A DNA stretch of 36,730 nt from Octopus bimaculoides. Its lineage: Eukaryota. Of the stretch, positions 22,811 to 34,588 are shown one piece after another. Within the stretch, counting starts at the first letter, position 1. Each line of letters opens with the position of its first letter. The translations under genes were made by a program, and so were the position numbers. The stretch is taken from positions 27,158,501-27,195,230 of the forward strand of contig NC_068981.1 in assembly GCF_001194135.2 (NCBI RefSeq), given 5' to 3'. The notes under the pieces are model-generated. The model was not told the DNA's origin, did no database searches, and worked only from the letters and a program-made list of their open reading frames with translations.

Positions 22811-24098
22811 AAATCCATCAAAGCACTCACAACATTGAGATTAATCAAGTAGTTTTTAATCATATGTAGTTTTTAACAGTCAAGTAGTTTTTAGCAGGAG
22901 ATTCTCTCTAAATACATGATCTTGTATTGTGTTGTTGCAAAGTCTATACCTTGTGCTCTGCTAACTTTATAAGTTCCCGGTTTCACCCAAATAAAGCCGA
23001 AGCTAAAGAATCGTCACTTTGTTACGATAGGAGAAATTGATACTTAGTCGTAGGAAGTACTGAACGGACTTAAAGTAGAGGCTTTCGGTTCTGCTTCCGA
23101 GACGGGGAAGACGCCCTAGGACCTTTGTATACAATATCAAGTGAGCTGTTTCAAAGAATATGATGCCTGAAAATATGTAACCTGTGAAAAAAATATTTTT
23201 CTGGTGTACCATTTAGTACCTGCTCCAGGGACGTTCTTAGATCTGTTATGATATCTATCTATATATTATATCTATAGGAGATGTCTGTTCGAGTCTCAGT
23301 CAGATTCCAACTTTATACCAAAAATATATTTAACCCTNNNNNNNNNNTTTATAGAAAAAACAAAAGACGAAGCCAGGAGGAGAAACAACAGGTAAGTGTA
23401 TTAGTTTGACGCTCGGGAAAAATGAAAAAAGTATTTTACGTTTGTGCCTACGGTCTTAAGCACAAAGGAATGAGAGGAAATAAAAAGAGAGAGAATGAAA
23501 AATAGAGAATGTAAAGAAAACGTGTAGAGTTCAGCGGTCCAATATATATAGTATAAAGATTAAAGCACCCCAGAGATTACAAAAACGAAAAAAAAGACAT
23601 GACGTGATAGGTTTTGATCTTTGGGATCGGTTCGAAAAAGCTCAGTCTGTATTCACTTCAAAGCTACTGCAAACGCGGGATATATTCTACTGGCATTGCC
23701 CAAATGAAGTTAATATCAAGTTCAGAATTCACCCTAGATTTGGATCACGTGCCATCCTTCCTCTATAAAGATCATGATCGAGCAATCCCACAACACTAAG
23801 ATCAGAATTTTTTCACCTGAAGTGACCCTGTTCGTTTTAAACATAATGTCAACACATTAGAGAAGAAAAACATCTCTTAACAATTGAACAGTCCCGGGAT
23901 GAGAATCTGCGACAAATTCCATATTTACCCGGATATATCGCTGCAAACAGTAACCCCGCCCAAAAAATAATTGTGAAGCATCATTAACTTTTTTTTTTTT
24001 TACAGGTGATGATATTAAGTTAGTCGTGGCAATTCGGGCCGGAATTTATCTAAACACACACATGGAGACACACACCAACAGACATAAATACACACTTG

Positions 24099-24221
24099 TG
24101 TATGAATGTATGTATGTATGTATGTATGTATGTATGTATGTATGTATGTACGTATGCATGCATGCATGTATGCATGTACGTAACTAAGTATGTATGTATG
24201 TATGTATGTATGAATACGTAT
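24099..24221. repeat. (ATGT)n microsatellite
   Basis: Direct reading of the sequence. Confidence 0.95.
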
Positions 24222-24582
24222 GTTGCTCTCAATTGGCATCAAATATTGGCGAGCAAGCGCGATCTTGAAAGAGATTCAAGCGGAGGTGGAGAGACCCGGG
24301 CATTGGATAAGGCACAAAAGAAATGCTGAAACCTAGCAGCAGAGGTGATGATCCCAAAATGAAGCCGAAAACTAGTGGGTCGAAACGGTAAGTGGAACAG
24401 CTTATTAGCGAGTGAAGGAGGTACACAAGGAGACCTCAAACGGTGCTCCTTCCCTTATGATAACCCCAGAAAACGTTTGGCATGTCAGGCTTTCAACAAA
24501 CTGCGCTGGCGCATGCAAGCTGTTTCTACGTTTTTATGCCTGCCCAACCCTTTCTCTCTCCTTCTCCCTATACCTACATACC

Positions 24583-24619
<37 letters not shown>

Positions 24620-25499
24620 TGTACATTTAAACACATGAGAATGGCCATTATAGGACATATTATGGCCATCTCTCGTGTTTAAATATACACTGTATTTATA
24701 TGAATAATATATACTCTATTGACTAAATTTTTCTTCTCGTTAGACCACTAGTAACAAAAAATTTCTAATTTTTATTTTATTTTTTTTTGCTACCCTGAAA
24801 TGTATTTATATATATATATATACATACATACATATATATAAATAAATATATATANNNNNNNNNNNNNNNNNNNNNNNNNNNNNNNNNNNNNNNNNNNNNN
24901 NNNNNNNNNNNNNNNNNNNNNNNNNNNNNNNNNNNNNNNNNNNNNNNNNNNNNNNNNNNNNNNNNNNNNNNNNNNNNNNNNNNNNNNNNNNNNNNNNNNN
25001 NNNNNNNNNNNNNNNNNNNNNNNNNNNNNNNNNNNNNNNNNNNNNNNNNNNNNNNNNNNNNNNNNNNNNNNNNNNNNNNNNNNNNNNNNNNNNNNNNNNN
25101 NNNNNNNNNNNNNNNNNNNNNNNNNNNNNNNNNNNNNNNNNNNNNNNNNNNNNNNNNNNNNNNNNNNNNNNNNNNNNNNNNNNNNNNNNNNNNNNNNNNN
25201 NNNNNNNNNNNNNNNNNNNNNNNNNNNNNNNNNNNNNNNNNNNNNNNNNNNNNNNNNNNNNNNNNNNNNNNNNNNNNNNNNNNNNNNNNNNNNNNNNNNN
25301 NNNNNNNNNNNNNNNNNNNNNNNNNNNNNNNNNNNNNNNNNNNNNNNNNNNNNNNNNNNNNNNNNNNNNNNNNNNNNNNNNNNNNNNNNNNNNNNNNNNN
25401 NNNNNNNNNNNNNNNNNNNNNNNNNNNNNNNNNNNNNNNNNNNNNNNNNNNNNNNNNNNNNNNNNNNNNNNNNNNNNNNNNTCCCTATACCTACATACC

Positions 25500-25545
<46 letters not shown>

Positions 25546-25988
25546 TATACGTATATGTATATATATATTATGTATGTATACACGTATATCAAAGTGTATT
25601 TTTGTATGTGAGCTTCCCTTTTTATATGTTTGCGCGTTTATGCGGGAAGTATGTGTAGTCGTGAACACACTTAGGCACTCGTCATATAAAAATAAAACAA
25701 ATGCAAGCACAAAACAAGACAACAACAAGAAAAAGACACGCATCGGCATAAAAAAAAAACAACGATTAAAACAAAAAGAATAACGAAACGCAACAAATAT
25801 AATACAAGAACAATACAAATAACATGATCAACAACAACATCAATAATAACAATGAAAAGAACAAAAAACGAAAAATAAAAATAAAGCCAAAACAGTTGTT
25901 AGCCATTTTGGCAGATTTTCGTTTATTTTAGAGAGTAGATGTAATAAAACTCAGCTCGTCTGGAAATCCGTTTGTTGAAGTCGAGACT

Positions 25989-26006
25989 GTCGCTAGATGG
26001 CGTCAG
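25989..26006 (+). promoter_or_regulatory. CTCF-like motif GTCGCTAGATGGCGTCAG
   Basis: Contains CGCTAGATGGCG, close to the bilaterian CTCF core (CC[A/G]C[C/T]AG[A/G][G/T]GGC[A/G]), in unique CpG-containing sequence. Motif match only. Confidence 0.35.
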
Positions 26007-26805
26007 TCTTGCTAAAGTCCGCTTCTCATATCTCATTTCATTTTAGCTCCTGAATACCTCCAAGACGTGCACATACTGAATGGTTTGCTTATATATATGT
26101 ATGTATATATATATATATATATATNNNNNNNNNNNNNNNNNNNNNNNNNNNNNNNNNNNNNNNNNNNNNNNNNNNNNNNNNNNNNNNNNNNNNNNNNNNN
26201 NNNNNNNNNNNNNNNNNNNNNNNNNNNNNNNNNNNNNNNNNNNNNNNNNNNNNNNNNNNNNNNNNNNNNNNNNNNNNNNNNNNNNNNNNNNNNNNNNNNN
26301 NNNNNNNNNNNNNNNNNNNNNNNNNNNNNNNNNNNNNNNNNNNNNNNNNNNNNNNNNNNNNNNNNNNNNNNNNNNNNNNNNNNNNNNNNNNNNNNNNNNN
26401 NNNNNNNNNNNNNNNNNNNNNNNNNNNNNNNNNNNNNNNNNNNNNNNNNNNNNNNNNNNNNNNNNNNNNNNNNNNNNNNNNNNNNNNNNNNNNNNNNNNN
26501 NNNNNNNNNNNNNNNNNNNNNNNNNNNNNNNNNNNNNNNNNNNNNNNNNNNNNNNNNNNNNNNNNNNNNNNNNNNNNNNNNNNNNNNNNNNNNNNNNNNN
26601 NNNNNNNNNNNNNNNNNNNNNNNNNNNNNNNNNNNNNNNNNNNNNNNNNNNNNNNNNNNNNNNNNNNNNNNNNNNNNNNNNNNNNNNNNNNNNNNNNNNN
26701 NNNNNNNNNNNNNNNNNNNNNNNNNNNNNNNNNNNNNNNNNNNNNNNNNNNNNNNNNNNNNNNNNNNNNNNNNNNNNNNNNNNNNNNNNNNNNNNNNNNN
26801 NNNNN

Positions 26806-26852
<47 letters not shown>

Positions 26853-28612
26853 TTAACGTATACATCGGTATATGAATGAATTAATATCTGTGTGTGTGTA
26901 TGAATGTATGTATATATATTTTGGTAATACCTTTTGTAGCTGATCTTTTATTGGATCGGACGTATGCTAATATAGACGTACTGTTACTAAAGTCAACATA
27001 TACGCTCTCTATGACAACCACACAATGACAGAAGCGTCTAAAACATAAACGCCTAGGAAAATAAAAAGATAACTTATATTAATAAATGAATAACATTAAC
27101 TTATAGTTTACCAATTCTTGGAGACTACTCAGGACATATTTCTGACTTATTCTGAGTTCATTATCAGTCGATATCGTCCATGTCTCAGATTCTTTGCAGA
27201 AACCGTCGCTAAAATAATGGATATTAATTACGAGCCAACGAGGAACCTTTATATAATAGTTTCATCTCATATGAATAGCAACACATTTTCCTTAGAATTA
27301 CACTCTCTCCTTTTAATTACATAATGACTCATAGGATAACGTAGTCCTAGATAAACAATACCTAGAATATCAACGTAAAATCATAGCTAGAAAGCCTTTT
27401 TTCAGAAGCCTACATTATCAGGGATGACTCAGGGTTAAATAACAACAACATTTATTAATTTCGTTTTTCCGGCATGTACAGGAGACAACGCCGGATATAT
27501 TCCAACCTTAATCTGACTTAAGAAAACAAAATAGAAGAAATCTAATTGAGAAAACCACCTTGTTAGTGATGCTTGAATAATTGATTAATGCGTTGAAGGG
27601 AAAAATAACAAAGAACAATAAAAACTAAAGTAACCACACAATAGCTGCAAAATCAATAAAACCTTTTGGGCATTTGTATTCTTGTAAGGAATTACAGTTA
27701 CAAGAGTAAAAAATAAAAATGAAAAGAAAAAAAACAAAGTCAAATTGAACTATATTTTCTGAAATTACAATTCAGTACTAACTGGTGCTAAAATTATTTG
27801 GAAATAAGTAGATCTTCTTCAAATCTTGTTGCAACAAAGATATGTTTCTCAAGGCCGCTTTCGTGCATCTCTACTCACATTACTTATGGTAGGTCCTTAA
27901 TATAATAGTGAATTTTAAAGCATCATGAGTTTACCGATCCATTCAAAATCTTTTTTATGTCTTGTTAGCTTCTTCTATCCCGTTTAATGATTTAGAAAGA
28001 AATATTTTTATGGATAAAAAATAACTCAGAAAAATTATGTAAGTTATATAAGAGAATTATTTTTGCGTAGCCCATTTAGGTTCTCATTCTGCAGACAAAA
28101 AATATTAGTGCTACAGCGAAATCAATCACGTATATTTTAAAATACTTAGTACCTAAGAAAGTTGCATAACCCAGCGTATCTCAATTTTTACAGAGGCTGT
28201 GTGAAATTTGAATTAGTATTGGGTGTAATTTCTCTCAATTCAATCAAGTCCATAAGCATTGATTAGGTCAGGTTCTTCGACTAGTGTTGTAATAATACAG
28301 AACATGTACGTAAAATGTCACAAATTTTTGAAAGTACGAGTAACGAACTTCAGCAAACTTGGTTTTAGACTTATATTTATTTTATAAATCTAAAAAGAAA
28401 ACGGAAGGTAATAACTTTCCATGTCTAAGTGTACAGGAGCATTAAATATGATTATACACGCTAATGTTTCTACTCTACTTAGTGCAACCCTAATTAGATA
28501 ATTCCAGATTGACGAAGCTTTGAAACGTCAGCAAATGTACCACTTGTTGTTCTAATATAAGACAACCTTTTCTTGGTGACTACGCACGGTGGCTCTGTAT
28601 CTGTAACTGAGG

Positions 28613-28665
28613 TGACGCAATGACGCAGGAACACATGCGTCCTACGATTGATCCTATGACGTCAT
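28613..28665. promoter_or_regulatory. CRE/ATF-type motif cluster
   Basis: TGACGCAA (28613), TGACGCAG (28621) and the full palindrome ATGACGTCAT (28656-28665) lie within 53 bp in a locally CpG-rich patch. Motif match only. Confidence 0.35.
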
Positions 28666-28703
28666 TCATAGCCCAAAGTCGTGTCTGCACGCATCGTCTA
28701 TAA

Positions 28704-28943
28704 TAGTGGTTCTAAACTGGGGGCCATATGACATTTTGGGTTCAATATAAGACTTTGCTAAATTTTATGTGCAATAAATTGGTTATACTTCTACAACATA
28801 CAAAATATTATATATTTTTTTATACAATTCAATTATAAAGGTAACTATGATTTTTTTTTTAAAGGATAAATGGTTATGATGGTCCATCTAAGTAAAGCAA
28901 GAATCAAAGTGGTTCGTAGGGAAAAAATGGTTGAGAAACACTG
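28704..28943. mobile_element. hAT-type (Charlie-like) MITE, 240 bp, with an 8-bp TSD
   Basis: TIRs tagtggttctaaact (28704-28718) and ggttgagaaacactg (28929-28943; reverse complement cagtgtttctcaacc): 11 of 15 match. Flanks gtctataa (28696-28703) and gactataa (28944-28951): 7 of 8 identical. An 8-bp TSD with CAG-type ends is characteristic of hAT elements. Confidence 0.8.
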
Positions 28944-29373
28944 GACTATAAGGAGAATTTTTCTGTCGTGACTGGTTTTGCTGCTTATGTATTTCCAAGC
29001 CTGACTGTACAGGAAAATTTTTAATAAGGTTACATACGCCTATTGAAGGGTATAAATCACTTGTGACCTGACCATCAACTAAGGCAGAACACAAAGAGGA
29101 AGTGTTATAATCATGTAAGGAACAACCACCACCGCAAGCTAGCCACAACCGCACGTCTGCGAAGAATGACAAATGAATAAAAGCAAACCATTTTTAATTA
29201 TCAAAGCCTGGAGCCATTTTTTTCAAATATTCTCATGGGTATTTCTGTCTTTGAGCAATACAGGAAAGAGGGAAATGCAAAGTACAAATATCTTGAAATT
29301 GTAATGAGACATATCTAAGTGAAAAGTATACCAATAATAACTTAAGCACTAGGTATTTTCCTATTTTCTTTCA

Positions 29374-29430
29374 TATTCTTTTACTTGTTTCAGTCACTAA
29401 ACTGTGGCAATGCTGGGACACCGCCATGAA
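29374..29430 (-). mobile_element. SINE family B 3' tail fragment
   Basis: ttcttttacttgtttcagtcactaaactgtggcaatgctgggacaccgcc is the reverse complement of the 13700-13755-type tail. Confidence 0.6.
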
Positions 29431-31177
29431 CAATGAAGAGATATAAAGAAAAAAACATATTAACCATTCCGAAACTTAGAATGTTATACGTAGATAAAAA
29501 AAAAAAAAAACTGCACTGCTAGACACCGCTCATATTCTACGAAATGCGTTTTCATTTCAGTAGCACAACTCATGTAGGACACATTCACAACACATAATCT
29601 ATGCACAAAAAGCTAAAATCGAAAAAGATTACACAGCAGATATGCTACAGATTCAAACCAAATAATGCAAAACAACACACTGCAATACATAATCGAAATC
29701 CCACATTATATCACAACATAAAACTTACATCATGCACAATTGCTACCACAGATATAATACGACTTATACATCTCATACTATCCAAACTCAACTAGCAACC
29801 TTAAAACACATGACAATAATTATATCAGATACGTATTTCAAACATCACTTAACGCATAATGCATTTAATGTGCACAGGAAAATAATAAAAACTAAGCCAG
29901 AAGCAACAAACTAAATCCCCGAAGAAAGAAAAAATCACCTATGTAATGTACAAATACAATCCTATATTTCCAGAGGATGATACTGAGCACACATCAGGGA
30001 CATATAGGTGGACCAAGAAATGCATTAGATATTCACATTAAAGTGCTGAAATCCTAATAATTTAATTACATTAATAAAGACATAATACTGTATGGCAGCG
30101 ACAATGAAAGAAGAAAATAGCAAAGGGGGCTAAATGGGTGGATGTCAACCAAATATGCTGTTTTACATTAATCAACACAAAACAGGTTTGCCTCATACAT
30201 CGTGTTCTCTAATCATCTCATGTAGCATTGATAAAGTAAACACATTCACAGAAATCAATTTTGTCACTCTAAATAACCGTACATAGAATTAACAGGACGC
30301 CTTCTTCTTAAAGCAGTACTTGAAGACGGTACGGGCGCTTATATTGATGAAAAATCTGTACTTCAGATTTGCTAACATATAGTTTCCTTCGATATAGAGG
30401 CCTGGCAGCAAATCGTAATCGCTCCTCCTTTTCTACTGAAGAAAGTGTAAGGAAAATGTTCCCTGCTGACCATGAGTTATATCCTGCACAAAGTAACAGC
30501 TTTCAGAAGTAATCTCACAAGTCAGTAATGTATTGATACTCAACTTATGCGTTTCGAATGGTAACATTGCCCTGAACGAATCTAAAACGGGTTCGACTGC
30601 TATAAGTCGCATCTAAATTGTTGAGCATATTGGGAACATTTCATGCAACCATCAAGAAATGTTCTCTTAATCCTGGTCTGAATGTTCTCCAAGCGAAAGA
30701 ACTCAGACTGCAATTGTCGACGCCTAGTATACTTTCAATATCATCACACGTGTACTCAAAAAAGACTCTACATGTTGAAGGATTTTTTTTTTTAGTATAT
30801 TATAGATGAGAAGAAACGTAATAATATTATGATGCAGGCAACACAGGGGAAGTCTAAAAGAACATAATTGAAATACGTATCCAAAACTTATATAAATACA
30901 CATATTCTCTATAAAATGGAAATAAAATTCCAAAATACACAAATATATATAAATAGACAAATATCAATGCAATGCATAAAATACGATTGAATTTAAATAA
31001 AAACGATTGAATTTAAGAAATATCATTTGTATTTACATTTAAAATCGGACATTGTATGATGAATTAAAAATTTAACTTGAAAGGATTAAATATTAGAAAC
31101 ATTAAAATCAACGAAAGAAAGATATNNNNNNNNNNNNNNNNNNNNNNNNNNNNNNNNNNNNNNNNNNNNNNNNNNNN

Positions 31178-31215
<38 letters not shown>

Positions 31216-33302
31216 ATCACATCTACGAGCCGTTTCAGAAATGTGCCAAATGAATATGACATATCTCATATTACTAATCTAGGCACTCCCCTTATCAGGA
31301 TGTTGCACTTAGTTCATAAATACATCTACCTACCCGGGTTGGTCTACCATCACCAATAGGAGCAACGTAGGTATTCCGTCATTTGCATATTACTGTTCAG
31401 TACTTAACTCGCAGTTACGAAATCTAAATATCCGAATTTATGCTTCTTTATTTTAGGACAATTTGCTCGTTCAAATCCATCTGATTATACAAAGAAGAAA
31501 AAAAAGAAAACAACTTATGACCTTATTTTCAATGCTTAAATTAACCGACTGTTATTTCCTAACTAGTTCATATGCAGCTATTTCTGCTCATCTGTTGATT
31601 ATATATTGCAACATTGATTCAAAAGTACTAAGCTCTGTTTTTCTTCTTTGCACATAATACTCATACACATTTTTCAGCAGAATTTGAAACAACAGCCTTG
31701 GATAAAATTCCAAGACGTGACTATTTTAATCCCAAAGAATTGCATCCTGTATCCTGTTAATGTGCTGCATTCTTCATTCGCATATATAACAGGAGAGATG
31801 ATACATGCATATAACATATGTGTGTGCGTGTGTTTGTGTTAGTGCGTGTGTGTTATGTGCGTGCATGTGCATGCGCGCGTGTGTATGTGTGTGTCAAGAG
31901 AGAGTGACCAGATGAGATAAATAAGCGCTCGATTTAGAAAACACTTAATAGTGGTCAAATAACTTGAACTTACACTCCGAAATTGGCTCGTCTGTTTTCC
32001 TATGTGTTCATTATGTTGTCCATACAAAACATCCGTTTTTTGTGCTTTATTTATGTTCCCGTTTCTTTTTTCGACGTCCTGTACCCTCATATGCATCTAT
32101 ATATACATGTAGATGTAGGTATGCACATATATGTATGTATACATGCATATGCTCATATATCATTTGTATTATTATTATTATTATTATTATGATTATTATT
32201 ATATATATANNNNNNNNNNNNNNNNNNNNNNNNNNNNNNNNNNNNNNNNNNNNNNNNNNNNNNNNNNNNNNNNNNNNNNNNNNNNNNNNNNNNNNNNNNN
32301 NNNNNNNNNNNNNNNNNNNNNNNNNNNNNNNNNNNNNNNNNNNNNNNNNNNNNNNNNNNNNNNNNNNNNNNNNNNNNNNNNNNNNNNNNNNNNNNNNNNN
32401 NNNNNNNNNNNNNNNNNNNNNNNNNNNNNNNNNNNNNNNNNNNNNNNNNNNNNNNNNNNNNNNNNNNNNNNNNNNNNNNNNNNNNNNNNNNNNNNNNNNN
32501 NNNNNNNNNNNNNNNNNNNNNNNNNNNNNNNNNNNNNNNNNNNNNNNNNNNNNNNNNNNNNNNNNNNNNNNNNNNNNNNNNNNNNNNNNNNNNNNNNNNN
32601 NNNNNNNNNNNNNNNNNNNNNNNNNNNNNNNNNNNNNNNNNNNNNNNNNNNNNNNNNNNNNNNNNNNNNNNNNNNNNNNNNNNNNNNNNNNNNNNNNNNN
32701 NNNNNNNNNNNNNNNNNNNNNNNNNNNNNNNNNNNNNNNNNNNNNNNNNNNNNNNNNNNNNNNNNNNNNNNNNNNNNNNNNNNNNNNNNNNNNNNNNNNN
32801 NNNNNNNNNNNNNNNNNNNNNNNNNNNNNNNNNNNNNNNNNNNNNNNNNNNNNNNNNNNNNNNNNNNNNNNNNNNNNNNNNNNNNNNNNNNNNNNNNNNN
32901 NNNNNNNNNNNNNNNNNNNNNNNNNNNNNNNNNNNNNNNNNNNNNNNNNNNNNNNNNNNNNNNNNNNNNNNNNNNNNNNNNNNNNNNNNNNNNNNNNNNN
33001 NNNNNNNNNNNNNNNNNNNNNNNNNNNNNNNNNNNNNNNNNNNNNNNNNNNNNNNNNNNNNNNNNNNNNNNNNNNNNNNNNNNNNNNNNNNNNNNNNNNN
33101 NNNNNNNNNNNNNNNNNNNNNNNNNNNNNNNNNNNNNNNNNNNNNNNNNNNNNNNNNNNNNNNNNNNNNNNNNNNNNNNNNNNNNTGTATGTATGTATGT
33201 ATGTATGTATACATGAATAAACGGATAAATTAGTTTTTCATCATTCTTCTGCGACATGAAATTGGGATATCAAAATGTGCCTACATGTATACATGTGTAC
33301 GT

Positions 33303-33307
33303 TGTGT

Positions 33308-33348
<41 letters not shown>

Positions 33349-33366
33349 AGAGAGAGAGAGAGAGAG
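33303..33366. repeat. (GT)n(GA)n microsatellite
   Basis: Direct reading of the sequence. Confidence 0.95.
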
Positions 33367-34139
33367 CGTGTTAGTGCGTGCATGCGCGTTAGTGAGCGTA
33401 AAAGAACATTTGTGTTAACACGTGTTTGAATATGCTCATGTGCGTGTGGAAACATGCAGATATAATTAGAGCAATGATTTATTTCAAAATACCATTTAAC
33501 ACGACTGAAACTTGACACATGCGATCGCTTCAACGGAAGAACACCAAAACACAAACTCCAATTGACCTATATGCCTTTTTAACAGCGTTACAAAAATTAG
33601 CTAATATACAAGAAATGAATAAGAGCAATCCAGTACAAATAATCGATGCATTAAGTAAACATTAAACAAGAAGTAATATTTGTAAGTTCTTGGTCATGAA
33701 ATTTGTACAGTATCCTGGCTATCTTAATCAACATTTTAAGAAGTCCTGTCATAATATAAAGAGGCAAATATATGGAATGTAAATTAATATGTTCATGTAT
33801 ATAACTATTTCGTTCAAAATGGAAGTCCTATGTAATTACTGCATCATCGAATCCTGATCCAGATTGAGATGAGGACATAAACACACGCATGTGTAATATT
33901 TGTCAACATGTGTGTGTGAGAGAATGAGAGTATGTGTGTGTGTGTGCGTGTATATGTGTCAAAATAGGTATATGTATCAACATAGGTATATGTATATAGT
34001 CATATATATGTTTGAGTATGTATATAAGTGTGTACATGCATCTCTCTTTCTCCTACCCTCTCTCTGTATACATAAACGGTAAATCGTTATACACAGATAT
34101 GCGTGCATACCCACGTACACATTGGCACTTACACAAACA

Positions 34140-34470
34140 TGTAGTTTTAGTGACGAACTTTGCTTCACAATATCGATGTCGTGGTTTCAATTCCACTACG
34201 TTTTGCGTTGTACAAATATCTTTTCCTGCAGTTTTTATGTACAACTAGGTAAACCTAAACTCTATGGAGAACTATCCGTTAGATTGTACCAGAAAGAGGA
34301 CAATAGACCCCACACAGATGTCACATGTTATGAAACAGTGATTTTCCTGGGGGGGGGGGTCGTTAGATGTGTACATGCGTTTGTGGAGTACCCTGCCACA
34401 TAGATGCTAATATATTGTGGCTCATTTGAATGAACAACCGAATGAATATTCACGATCTTAACGGATGTTA
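34140..34470 (+). mobile_element. Heavily decayed SINE copy, family C-like body
   Basis: gtgtacatgcgtttgtggagtaccctgccacatagatgctaat (about 34370-34412) parallels gggtacacgtgtctgtggagtgctcagccacgtgcacgttgat of the young copy; B-box-like gtggtttcaattcc near 34180. Confidence 0.4.
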
Positions 34471-34588
34471 ATATAGTTCACGCTCGCTTGTCTGTGTTCA
34501 TAATAGGCATTATGTTACTGCTTTCATAGATTATTTTAGTTGATAACAACCGCAGAGGCACTTTATCAGTAAATTAAATCCGAAAATA

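Noticed and set aside
24340-24392. Hammerhead-like GTGATGA...TGGGTCGAAAC
   Set aside because: C3 is mutated, stem II register conflicts with the core and stem I does not pair.
26030-26090. Kinase APEY motif after an acceptor (A)PEYLQ
   Set aside because: No other kinase subdomains nearby, and the frame runs into (AT)n.
29560-30050. Decayed GIY-YIG/PLE 3' region suggested by strong A/C strand skew
   Set aside because: Could not recover convincing motifs in any frame; needs a profile search.
31350-31390. CCAAT + octamer (ATTTGCAT at 31381) promoter
   Set aside because: Single short AT-rich words expected by chance in 36 kb (another octamer at 6680); no snRNA or histone gene adjacent.
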